From: a virus
Lineage: Duplodnaviria > Caudoviricetes
Strand: one strand, 5' to 3'
DNA length: 25,029 nucleotides
Virus record (IMG/VR): IMGVR_UViG_3300006851_000022
Span: 1 to 25,029 of that record
Program-made: the position numbers and the translations under genes
In this document: positions 9,629 to 17,188 of the stretch, piece after piece
How positions within the stretch are numbered: the stretch's first letter is position 1
How the letters are laid out: every line of letters begins with the position of its first letter
The notes under the pieces: generated by a model
The model's input: only the letters and a program-made list of their open reading frames with translations
What the model was told of the DNA's origin: nothing
Databases searched by the model: none

Positions 9629-10872
9629 AACTGCAAACGCCACAAAACCTGCGCCTGCAGGCCGTGGGCGACGGCACCACCATCGTGGGGTTCTGGGACC
9701 CCGTGCTGGCGGCCCTGGGCTACCAGGTGGAGATTAACGGCACCATCGAAATGACCGTGCCGGAGGCCAGCTTTGTCAAGTTCGGGGCGTCGCTGGATAC
9801 CACCTACAACGTGCGCGTCCGCGCGCTGCCAGATGTTGGCAACGAGCGCAGCGACTGGTCCGCGGTGGCCACGATAAAGACCGGCACGGACGTCATAGAC
9901 CCGCCGGACCCGCCGGACCCGGATGAGCCTAACCCGCTGGACCCGCCGGAACTGTCGCTGGCTCAGCGCGGCCTGGACGCTGCGCGGGCCACGTGGACAG
10001 TGGTGCCGTTAGCAACCGGGTACGAGGTGCAGCTGGACGGCGGCGCAATTCAATCAGAATCGACAGTAGCCAAAACCTTCACCGGGCTGGCAAACGGCCA
10101 GACAATAGCTGTACGGGTGCGCGCCGTCAACGCAGCGTCGGGGGTGAAGTCTGACTGGTCAGATACCAAAACTTTAACCATAGAGGGGTTGTCGCCGCCG
10201 GAGAACCTGGAGGCGATGGGCGCCAGCGAGAACGTCATTCACGTGCGGTTCGACCCCGTGCCGGCAGCTGAAGGTTATGACGTGGGGTATGACCAGCACG
10301 GTGAGGGCGCCGACTACCTTGTGGACGCGCCGGCAACCGAGGTGAATGTTTCTGGACTGCTGCGAGCCACCAGCTACACGTTCTGGGTTCGTTCACGGGC
10401 GGGCGATGCCGTCAGCGACTGGTCGGAGCCGGTGTCAGCATCAACGCTGCGGTCCGGCCCGTTGCTGGTGAGCGCAGAACCGAACAGGGTGAGTAGCTTC
10501 CCGGGCGACCACCACATAACCGCCAGGGCGCTGAACGCCGAATTTAACAATATCCTGGTACTGCTCGCAGGGGGGAGCGCTGATTTGACCCAAGGCTCCA
10601 GGGCGCCAGCGCCCAGCCCGGCCCCACCGGTGCCGGCGCCGATGGAGCCGCCAATACGCGTGACCCCCTACGACCCTGGGTTCCAGCCGTCGCCGCCGGA
10701 GATACCGGGGTTCCCCGACGACCCGCCTGTGGACCCACCGGAACCACCCGACCCGCCGCCCGACCCGGGCCGCCCACCGGAAGAGCCTCCGAAAAGGCCG
10801 CCAGAAAAGCCCCCCAGGGACCCCAGGCCCCCGCTGCCGGACCCAGTAGACCCGCCGGTCAAGCCGCTGTAA
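9625..10872 (+). CDS. Fibronectin type III repeat virion protein with Pro-rich C-terminus
   Basis: Three FN3-like units (PQNL..WDPV..GYQV..YNVRVRA..SDWS; WTVV..GYEV..VRVRAVN..SDWS; PENL..FDPV..GYDV..YTFWVRS..SDWS), then a ~90 aa Pro-rich tail. Confidence 0.8.
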   Translation: MKLQTPQNLRLQAVGDGTTIVGFWDPVLAALGYQVEINGTIEMTVPEASFVKFGASLDTTYNVRVRALPDVGNERSDWSAVATIKTGTDVIDPPDPPDPDEPNPLDPPELSLAQRGLDAARATWTVVPLATGYEVQLDGGAIQSESTVAKTFTGLANGQTIAVRVRAVNAASGVKSDWSDTKTLTIEGLSPPENLEAMGASENVIHVRFDPVPAAEGYDVGYDQHGEGADYLVDAPATEVNVSGLLRATSYTFWVRSRAGDAVSDWSEPVSASTLRSGPLLVSAEPNRVSSFPGDHHITARALNAEFNNILVLLAGGSADLTQGSRAPAPSPAPPVPAPMEPPIRVTPYDPGFQPSPPEIPGFPDDPPVDPPEPPDPPPDPGRPPEEPPKRPPEKPPRDPRPPLPDPVDPPVKPL

Positions 10873-11122
10873 CAGCGTCCCAAATAATCTTGGCGAGCCC
10901 CAGCACCACCAGGCCGACGATGGCCAGAAGTGCGTGGGCCGTGCTGCGCTCGGTAGCCCGGCGCAGCTTGCGGGAATATATCAGGTCTGACCGCAGTTCG
11001 TTCAGGTCTTTCTGGTCGTGTATATCCACACCCAAGGTGCGGAATAGGCTGGTTACAGTTTCTTCGGCAGACAGGCGCGCCAATTCTTGCGCGTCATCGC
11101 GCGTCAGGGGTTCTTGAGCCAT
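10859..11122 (-). CDS. Small membrane protein with C-terminal TM helix (lysis-region accessory)
   Basis: 87 aa from ATG 11122 (TGATG overlap). Soluble N-terminus, then ALLAIVGLVVLGLAKIIW. Confidence 0.65.
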   Translation of the reverse strand: MAQEPLTRDDAQELARLSAEETVTSLFRTLGVDIHDQKDLNELRSDLIYSRKLRRATERSTAHALLAIVGLVVLGLAKIIWDAVTAA

Positions 11123-11580
11123 CACTCAACCAGCAGGTCAAACCAGATGGTGCCCGATTGCTCAAGGCCGCGGCGCAGGATGATGGAGCGGTCCACCTTG
11201 CCGTCGGCGCCCCTGCAGTTCGGCGGGTACGGCCCCGGCAGCACCGCGCAGGTCAAGGGTTTGATGTTCAGCGCGTAGTCCAGCAGCAGGGTGCGGTCCA
11301 TAAGCGTGGGGTGTACGTCGCCGGCAGGCACCAGGCGACTGCCCAGGGCGGGGAACCCGATGGCGTCCACAGTCCAGACGTCACACAACGCACCGTTGTC
11401 GCACACATCGGAGACCACCCAGCGGGTAGTGTGGCCATCGTGGAAAAACCACTGCAGGACAAACGCGTCCTCGGTGACCTGCTGGACCGCCACCCCGTGG
11501 CCGGGGTGTTCTGCTTCGTAGAATTGCTGGGCCGCCAAAGGGGCCGCAAGAAACAACGCAAAGATAAACAACGTTCTCAT
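11122..11580 (-). CDS. Putative secreted/periplasmic protein (152 aa)
   Basis: GGAG RBS. Sec-type signal MRTLFIFALFLAAPLAA, beta-rich mature part, four Cys. Confidence 0.7.
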   Translation of the reverse strand: MRTLFIFALFLAAPLAAQQFYEAEHPGHGVAVQQVTEDAFVLQWFFHDGHTTRWVVSDVCDNGALCDVWTVDAIGFPALGSRLVPAGDVHPTLMDRTLLLDYALNIKPLTCAVLPGPYPPNCRGADGKVDRSIILRRGLEQSGTIWFDLLVE

Positions 11581-11583
11581 GAG

Positions 11584-11856
11584 TTACTCCTGGTAGGGGG
11601 CGCCAACACAAAACCTGTCCCGCAGCTCGTTGTGGACAAAGATAGCACGGGCGACGTCCGGGCAGCAATCAACCAGGGCGTCAATCTCGGAATCGGCCAG
11701 GATGATGTACCGGGTCCAGGCGCACTCACCGACGACGGAGACGCTTGGCTTGTGCGCGCAAGCGGTCAGCAAGCTCATGGTCAGCAAGCTCATCGGCAGC
11801 CATATGCTCATCAAGGGCCGCCTGCTTGAGCCTGTCTTGTTCTTTACGTGCTTCAT
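11584..11856 (-). CDS. Outer-membrane spanin (Rz1-like lipoprotein)
   Basis: ATG 11856 with GGAGGA 6 nt upstream. Lipobox LLTA-C, Cys-rich mature part with typical C..W..I..HNE..C pattern. Overlaps the i-spanin 3' half in another frame. Confidence 0.75.
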   Translation of the reverse strand: MKHVKNKTGSSRRPLMSIWLPMSLLTMSLLTACAHKPSVSVVGECAWTRYIILADSEIDALVDCCPDVARAIFVHNELRDRFCVGAPYQE

Positions 11857-11980
11857 GGTCAATCCTCCCACGTTCACGGTGGGCGCCCTGGCGCTCGCCA
11901 CGGCGCAAAGTGTGTAGATATCCCAGCACCAGCGCCAGAACGCTGGCCAGGGCCGCCACAATTCCTGCTACGACACTCAT
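11726..11980 (-). CDS. Inner-membrane spanin (Rz-like)
   Basis: N-terminal TM helix then a charged helical domain. Follows the holin and overlaps the lipoprotein gene. Confidence 0.7.
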   Translation of the reverse strand: MSVVAGIVAALASVLALVLGYLHTLRRGERQGAHRERGRIDHEARKEQDRLKQAALDEHMAADELADHELADRLRAQAKRLRRR

Positions 11981-12207
11981 GGGTCACCGCTTTGGTCTAT
12001 TAGGCGTCCCACGACACCCAAAACCAAGATGGCCATCACCAAGATGGTGCGAACGTCATCGGAAATGTGCTGCAACAAGTCTTTGGGCAGTGTCACCCAT
12101 GCGCCCTGCAGGGCCGCGGCGGCCAACATGGCCTGGACGCTGAACCAACGCCACGAATGCCGCCAGTTCGTTACCAGCTTTCGCTTTCTGTGCTTACTTC
12201 CTTTCAT
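11977..12207 (-). CDS. Holin
   Basis: 76 aa, two hydrophobic segments, LVTNWRHSWRWFSVQA..GRLIDQ pattern. Lies between endolysin and spanins. Confidence 0.75.
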   Translation of the reverse strand: MKGSKHRKRKLVTNWRHSWRWFSVQAMLAAAALQGAWVTLPKDLLQHISDDVRTILVMAILVLGVVGRLIDQSGDP

Positions 12208-12664
12208 GATTCCTCCATAGCGTTAAAAAAGTCATCAGCTTGTGCCGTGCGGCCAGGTCGGAGTTCGGGTAAAAGTATTCGCCGCGCTCGCGGAACCAGG
12301 TGGTGGGTTTTTCACGCAGGTCCACGTGCAGCATGGGGTGGGGATGGCCGTTGTATGTCGTGTCGAAGTAGATACCGACGCCGCTGAAGGTCAGCAGGGC
12401 CGCATGGTAGGCGAGTACCGGGCAGCCCATGGGGAAAATATCACCGGCGTCGGCATGGTTAATGTAGTGGCGGGACGTTTTGGAGCCGTCGGTTCGAACC
12501 CAGGCCCCCGGCACCGGTGAGGGATGGATGGGGTAACCCAGGATGGAGCGCATCTCATCCAGCTTGTGAATCAGGTCCGGCTTGCAGTGCCGGACTGTAT
12601 CAGGGAATTCAGAACGCTGGAACCAGCGAGCGCCGTCAATGGCGAGTAGTGCGGGAGTTGTCAT
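12194..12664 (-). CDS. Endolysin, peptidase M15 family (Zn peptidase)
   Basis: ATG 12664 with GAGG RBS. WF..SEF..LIHKLDEMR, SRH..AGD and GVGIY..LHVDLR fit the M15 His/Asp/His ligands. Confidence 0.8.
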   Translation of the reverse strand: MTTPALLAIDGARWFQRSEFPDTVRHCKPDLIHKLDEMRSILGYPIHPSPVPGAWVRTDGSKTSRHYINHADAGDIFPMGCPVLAYHAALLTFSGVGIYFDTTYNGHPHPMLHVDLREKPTTWFRERGEYFYPNSDLAARHKLMTFLTLWRNHERK

Positions 12665-12770
12665 TATGGTGCCACCTCGCGTTGCCCCAGGGATACTCGA
12701 AAACCTGCGCGCGGGGGCAGCGCGTCTAAGCCGGGTGGCGCGGCTCAACCAAAGCGCGCGCAGTTAGGAG
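12665..12770 (-). ncRNA. Candidate structured RNA / cis-regulatory leader of the lysis cassette
   Basis: 9-bp outer stem (12763-55/12713-05) and 7-bp inner stem (12747-41/12733-27). Also a 10/11-bp pairing of 12724-14 with 12688-78, and a loop GCCACC complementary to GGUGGC at the endolysin RBS. Confidence 0.5.
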
Positions 12771-12772
12771 TT

Positions 12773-12781
12773 TTTATATCA
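12773..12781 (-). promoter_or_regulatory. Possible extended -10 promoter (TG-A-TATAAA)
   Basis: The only AT-rich patch between primase and endolysin. Would start RNA near 12765, at the 5' end of the outer stem. The last -10 base is non-consensus. Confidence 0.3.
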
Positions 12782-12789
12782 TCGGCGGG

Positions 12790-15423
12790 TCACGGTTCGA
12801 AGTCAACCGCTTCGTTGCGGATGACGTAAACCCATACGGGGGCGGTCCCTGGCGCCAACATCAAGCGCGCCTCACGCAGTAAGGCTGGCGCTGATATGAC
12901 GGACGCCGCGGCCTTCCTGCTGATGTTCTTTTCAACCAGATGTTCCTGCAGCCGCTGGCGATGGATGGCAATGGTCCCGTCGCCGAGCGAGCGGGCAATT
13001 GGGTCCCGGACCAGGGTTGAACCCAGCTTGGAATCCTTGTCCCAGTAAACGATGTGTTCGTTGTGCTCGGTCAACCACTCGCTGATGACGTCGCGCGCGG
13101 CTTCGTCAGTGGCAGACAGCGCTAGCGACTGCGCGGCCACTTCGTTGGCAGCGGCGTAAACAGCAGCGACGGGGTCCCAGGGAATCAGCCCCAGGGACTT
13201 GGCGGCGGCGCCGGCCACCAGGGTCACTGCCAGGGTCCACAATGCAAAACGATGGCTATCAGCTATGGCGTACCGAGACAGGATTTGCTTTTCAGCCTGG
13301 TCAACCAGGTCGGGGATAGCTTCTTTGTTGCGCACAGCCCACTCCAAGAACGGGACCGCCGCATGGCCAGCGTTATCAACAACGCACAAGTCATGGACGG
13401 CCACGCCATCCTCACGCGGCATTGGGACGTCCAGGGACAGCTCAATCAGCCTGGCGCGGTGCGCCTCAGTGAACAGGTGCGTAGGGTACTCCAGCAGCGG
13501 CCTGTTGCTGGTGACGTAGGGCACCAGGCGCCAGAACCCGGTGTCATGGTCTGTGCGCGAACTGGTCAATTTGGCGCCGCCTTGGCCGTTGGCGGCCATG
13601 TAGCAGAACCTGCCGGCGCGGTCGGCGCGCCATTGCGTAATTTCGTCAATCAGGTAAGGCACGTCACGGTTGCAGGATAGCTGCCGCTCGGACGCCTTTG
13701 GTGATGAATCGGCGCCCTGGCGCAAGTGTTCCGGGTTTCCGTATATGCTCAAGGCAACGTCAGCCATCAAGGTCTTGCCGGTGCCGGGGGGCCCCACCAG
13801 GGACACAACGGCGCTGCGCCTGTCGGCAGGTGTCAACAACGCGGACCCGAACCCCGCCTGGACTGCGAACTGGTGCAGGCTGTACTGGGGGCTGTCCAGG
13901 CGCGACAGACCGCGCAGCCAGCCGTCCAGGTTGCCTTCGGTCCCGCGCAGGTTCTGTATCTGGTTGGACGTTTGGACCTCGACCTCATCAACACCGTCGG
14001 CGGTGACCATGCGGTCCCCCAGGACAAAGCCGCCTTCGCACCAACCCAGGGTTTCGTGGTACTTACGGACCCCGAGTTCCTTGATTGATTCCAGTGTGTA
14101 TTCGCTGATGTATCTCACAAATCTTTTCCAGTCCACAACGGCGGACGCCAGGTTTTCACGGGCAGCCCAGCGCTTGAGTGCATCTGTAGAATACACTTCC
14201 TCTTGCAGCGCCACAGCGCGCTTGGTGGTGCCGTCGATGGCTACCCATTCAAATAATAATGACGAAGCGTCGGATTCTTGCGCCTGGCGCTTGGCGCGTT
14301 CGCGCACTTCAACAATCCAGAGCGGGACCCGAAGCGTTGGTTTGGGCTTCTCGCCCTCAGTGTGCAGCCATACACCTCCGCTGGATACCAGGAATTGGCC
14401 AACGTGCGCCCGGCGCCAGTCATCCGGGCCCTCGGCGATGGCCGGCGCGGCGGTCACAGACACGGCGATTTGAATCGGGGACGTGACCCGACCGGCGAAC
14501 GGGCAGCCGCGGCAAGTGTCTGGGTTGAGCTCCGCAAAGTGGGCACAGGTGGCAGGCCCTGCGGTGGCCGACGCCTTGTTCTGGGTCTGCTGGGGCGAGT
14601 ATCGCGGGTCACCCTTGGACCACTCGTGAATCCACTTGTCGCGGTCGTCGCAGCGCCATAGAACGGATAGTCCGGCGCGCCACAATGGTTCGGGCATGGC
14701 GTTGCCGCGCGTGTCTCGCATGTGGCGTATCTGTGCGCAGCCTTCGGCAATCTTTTCAGCGTCGCCAGGCGGCATCGGCACGTCCACGGCCCATTCATCG
14801 TCGGGGCGGACGGTTCGCTGCGGCCCCAGGCTGGGCAGTTTATCCAGCAAGTCATCCAGCCGGACCCGGTGTTCTGCCCGGTGCAGCAACCGCACGGGTT
14901 TGCACTTGCCGCCCTTGTGGTTGTGTGTGCCGGGGACCCGCAGTATCCGGGCTGCATCGCCGGACACGCCGGGGTCATCAACGACCTTGGACACAGCCAG
15001 CGCCCGGCGGAACCGGGACGCCGCGTCACGCCAGTCATCAATAGGGACTGGCGCATCAAACAACCAATACACGTGCAGGCCATAGCCAGAGTGTACTACG
15101 TGCGTAGGCGCTGGTAGACGGTGTTGTTTGGACCACGATAATAGGCCGGCCAGGGCCTCTTGTTCGTTTTCGTATTGCTTGCCGGGGCCGCAGTCCAGGT
15201 CGGCCCACAACCCCGGCGCAGTTATCGCGTTGTCCGCCAGCCGGCGGTCACCGTCGAACGATGCCGGCGCGTAGTACACGTCCCACTTGTCGCTGTCCAG
15301 GCGCTGGACCAGGGCTTCGGTTTCATCAACACCCCCCACGGGGTAGTGCTTGACTACCCCGTCACGGATACCTACAATGAACCTCGACCCACGTTTCTGA
15401 CGGCCCCAAACCTCATGAAGCAT
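12790..15423 (-). CDS. Primase-helicase (RepB-like AEP primase, Cys cluster, DUF927-type helicase)
   Basis: ATG 15423 with GGAGG. WADLD, SGYGLHVYW and RILRVPGTHNHK primase motifs; Walker A GPPGTGKT; Walker B YLIDE; VTSN. Confidence 0.85.
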   Translation of the reverse strand: MLHEVWGRQKRGSRFIVGIRDGVVKHYPVGGVDETEALVQRLDSDKWDVYYAPASFDGDRRLADNAITAPGLWADLDCGPGKQYENEQEALAGLLSWSKQHRLPAPTHVVHSGYGLHVYWLFDAPVPIDDWRDAASRFRRALAVSKVVDDPGVSGDAARILRVPGTHNHKGGKCKPVRLLHRAEHRVRLDDLLDKLPSLGPQRTVRPDDEWAVDVPMPPGDAEKIAEGCAQIRHMRDTRGNAMPEPLWRAGLSVLWRCDDRDKWIHEWSKGDPRYSPQQTQNKASATAGPATCAHFAELNPDTCRGCPFAGRVTSPIQIAVSVTAAPAIAEGPDDWRRAHVGQFLVSSGGVWLHTEGEKPKPTLRVPLWIVEVRERAKRQAQESDASSLLFEWVAIDGTTKRAVALQEEVYSTDALKRWAARENLASAVVDWKRFVRYISEYTLESIKELGVRKYHETLGWCEGGFVLGDRMVTADGVDEVEVQTSNQIQNLRGTEGNLDGWLRGLSRLDSPQYSLHQFAVQAGFGSALLTPADRRSAVVSLVGPPGTGKTLMADVALSIYGNPEHLRQGADSSPKASERQLSCNRDVPYLIDEITQWRADRAGRFCYMAANGQGGAKLTSSRTDHDTGFWRLVPYVTSNRPLLEYPTHLFTEAHRARLIELSLDVPMPREDGVAVHDLCVVDNAGHAAVPFLEWAVRNKEAIPDLVDQAEKQILSRYAIADSHRFALWTLAVTLVAGAAAKSLGLIPWDPVAAVYAAANEVAAQSLALSATDEAARDVISEWLTEHNEHIVYWDKDSKLGSTLVRDPIARSLGDGTIAIHRQRLQEHLVEKNISRKAAASVISAPALLREARLMLAPGTAPVWVYVIRNEAVDFEP

Positions 15424-15440
15424 GGTGTTACCTCCGCATT

Positions 15441-15468
15441 GCCCCCGGGAGCCCGGGGGCTTTCTTTT
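15441..15468 (+). terminator. Rho-independent terminator-like hairpin, U-tract on + strand
   Basis: GCCCCCGG-GAGC-CCGGGGGC followed by TTTCTTTT. Confidence 0.5.
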
Positions 15469-15769
15469 ACTCGTCGGGACTGATGGATTCCAGGTAATCT
15501 TGCTGCACGGCACCTCTCGATGCCGACAGCGGCAACGACCCATCAGCCAGCCCTTCCTGCAGCCGCTCAATCCCCCAAAGAAGATTCAGGTAATTGTGGG
15601 CCTGGAGCATGAACTGGTCCTGTTGGATTAGCTGCGCGTACCTGGAGCGTGAAAGCCCCAGCATATTCGCTGCGGTGGTGTTGTTCAAGTTTGACTGCTC
15701 GGCCAGGGTGCGGAAGTGCCCCATGAGCGCGCCACAGTTGGCGCGCACCGCTTCGTCGCTGAACCTCAT
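15467..15769 (-). CDS. Putative HTH DNA-binding protein
   Basis: 100 aa with LNNTTAANMLGLSRSRYAQLI, an XRE/Cro-like helix-turn-helix. ATGA coupling to the upstream gene. Confidence 0.6.
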   Translation of the reverse strand: MRFSDEAVRANCGALMGHFRTLAEQSNLNNTTAANMLGLSRSRYAQLIQQDQFMLQAHNYLNLLWGIERLQEGLADGSLPLSASRGAVQQDYLESISPDE

Positions 15770-16818
15770 GCCCCACCTCCCAGCAGTTTGCGAACGTCGT
15801 CCATGATGTCATCAGAAACAGGCTCAGCTTTGGGCTCAGCTTTGGGCTCAGCTTTGGGCTCAGCTTTGGGCTCAGCTTTGGGCTCAGCTTTGGGTTCGGA
15901 CGGGGCTTCTGCTTCGCTCCCGGCTGTCACCGCGCCCAGCAGCGCTTCTAGGTCAACAGCGGGCTCCGGCTCCGGCTTAGGCTCCGGCTTAGGCTCCGGC
16001 TTAGGCGGGGGAGACGCCTGGGGAGACGCCTGGGGCGACGGGTGGCGCGCAGGCGGCTGGGGCGGCGCCAGTTCCTCAATCGGGCCGGGTTCCTCCAAGC
16101 CGTCCAGGGCTTCGTGTACCAGGTCATCCTCGCGCAGCTGCAGAACCTCGGCGGCTTCGTCCTCGGTCAGCAGGCGGTCCATGGCCATGCAGACTTGCGG
16201 ATACTCCGCATCGGTGAACTCCAGGCGGGTGACAACCGCATACGGCGGGAGGCCGTGACGGTGCAGCGCGCCGGCGTATTCCTGGGCGAACATGATTTCA
16301 CGCGTATCGCCGCGCATCTTGCGCAGGGACGTGATGGACAGGTCCATGACCACGGGCTGGCTGGTCATGCGGCCATCCATGACCGGCAGGATGACAAACC
16401 GCTTGTAATCGCTGCATTCCTTGCCGGGCTTGCCGGACGGGGTAATGCGCGAACCGAACTGGTTGTGCGGGCATGTGCTGCACTTGTCTGACTGTGGCTC
16501 AGCCACGGAAGGGTCGGGGCGGTGGCCGTCCAGGGACCAGCAGGTAGGCATTTCGACACTGCCGGGGCTGTATTTGTCCTGGTAGTACCGCTTGCTCACC
16601 GCGGGGCGAGCACGCAGCAGCACACAATCCAGCGTGCGGGACCGGGTGCTGGTCTCGTTGCCCTGGTAGCGGAAGCGGAACTCTTTGCCGCGTATACTCA
16701 GCACGGGCATGTCCAGGCCACCGGAACTGATGCCGGCGCCGAACTCGTCGGTGGACTGCATGTTCTTGATGTGGCTGGGCAGGTTCTGCAGGTTGATGTT
16801 GATAAGATTCTTGCTCAT
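15766..16818 (-). CDS. Putative ssDNA-binding/annealing protein with Cys cluster and PKAE repeats
   Basis: LSIRGKEF, PTCWSLDG..PD, CSTCPHNQFGS..GKEC pattern of phage SSB-like proteins in PolA/SNF2 modules. Low-complexity C-terminal linker. Confidence 0.65.
   Translation of the reverse strand: MSKNLININLQNLPSHIKNMQSTDEFGAGISSGGLDMPVLSIRGKEFRFRYQGNETSTRSRTLDCVLLRARPAVSKRYYQDKYSPGSVEMPTCWSLDGHRPDPSVAEPQSDKCSTCPHNQFGSRITPSGKPGKECSDYKRFVILPVMDGRMTSQPVVMDLSITSLRKMRGDTREIMFAQEYAGALHRHGLPPYAVVTRLEFTDAEYPQVCMAMDRLLTEDEAAEVLQLREDDLVHEALDGLEEPGPIEELAPPQPPARHPSPQASPQASPPPKPEPKPEPKPEPEPAVDLEALLGAVTAGSEAEAPSEPKAEPKAEPKAEPKAEPKAEPKAEPVSDDIMDDVRKLLGGGA
15821..15892. repeat. 12-bp tandem repeat GGCTCAGCTTTG x6 (encodes PKAE x6)
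   Basis: Six perfect copies read directly. Nearby GGCTCCGGCTTA x3 at 15968-16003 encodes PKPE. Confidence 0.95.
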
Positions 16819-17186
16819 TACGACCTCCTAACGTTGACTTTTTGAATGACACTGGTCTCGATGCCGGGCAGCTCTTTGCCCGAATCCAGGAACGCGCGCT
16901 TGGCGACGTTCCGGTACAGCAGGTCCCACTGCTGGGTGTTGATAATCTGCTGCAGGGCGGCCTCCCAATCAGTCACCTTGATGTTGGTGATTTCCGATAT
17001 ATAGGGGGTGCCGGCCTGGGTCTTGAGTGACTGCACGCCCTGGTCATGCATGTGCTTGTGCAGGGCAGCCTCAATCGTGGCCATGTCCGCCTGCATCGGC
17101 GCCAGCTCTTCTTTGTGGCGCTCGCGCAGTGCTTTTATTTCGTCACGCAACTTGATGTAGTGCGCAACAACGGCGTTTATATCCAT
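16818..17186 (-). CDS. Conserved phage replication-module protein (122 aa, coiled-coil N-terminus)
   Basis: ATG 17186 with GGAGG. YIKLRD..SLKTQAGT..VTDW..DLLYRNV..LPGI pattern. Confidence 0.75.
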   Translation of the reverse strand: MDINAVVAHYIKLRDEIKALRERHKEELAPMQADMATIEAALHKHMHDQGVQSLKTQAGTPYISEITNIKVTDWEAALQQIINTQQWDLLYRNVAKRAFLDSGKELPGIETSVIQKVNVRRS

Positions 17187-17188
17187 GT

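Noticed and set aside
9605-9630. Programmed -1 frameshift fusing the adaptor to the FN3 protein
   Set aside because: The frames would allow it and there is a G5 run, but no canonical X XXY YYZ heptamer. The GTGA overlap is explained by translational coupling. Not fully excluded.
1-10872. Diversity-generating retroelement acting on tail genes
   Set aside because: No reverse transcriptase motif and no adenine-mismatched template/variable repeat pair seen.
12665-12770. Known riboswitch or ribozyme (SAH, ZTP, HDV-like)
   Set aside because: Consensus nucleotides and helix order did not match by eye; retained as an unclassified structure.
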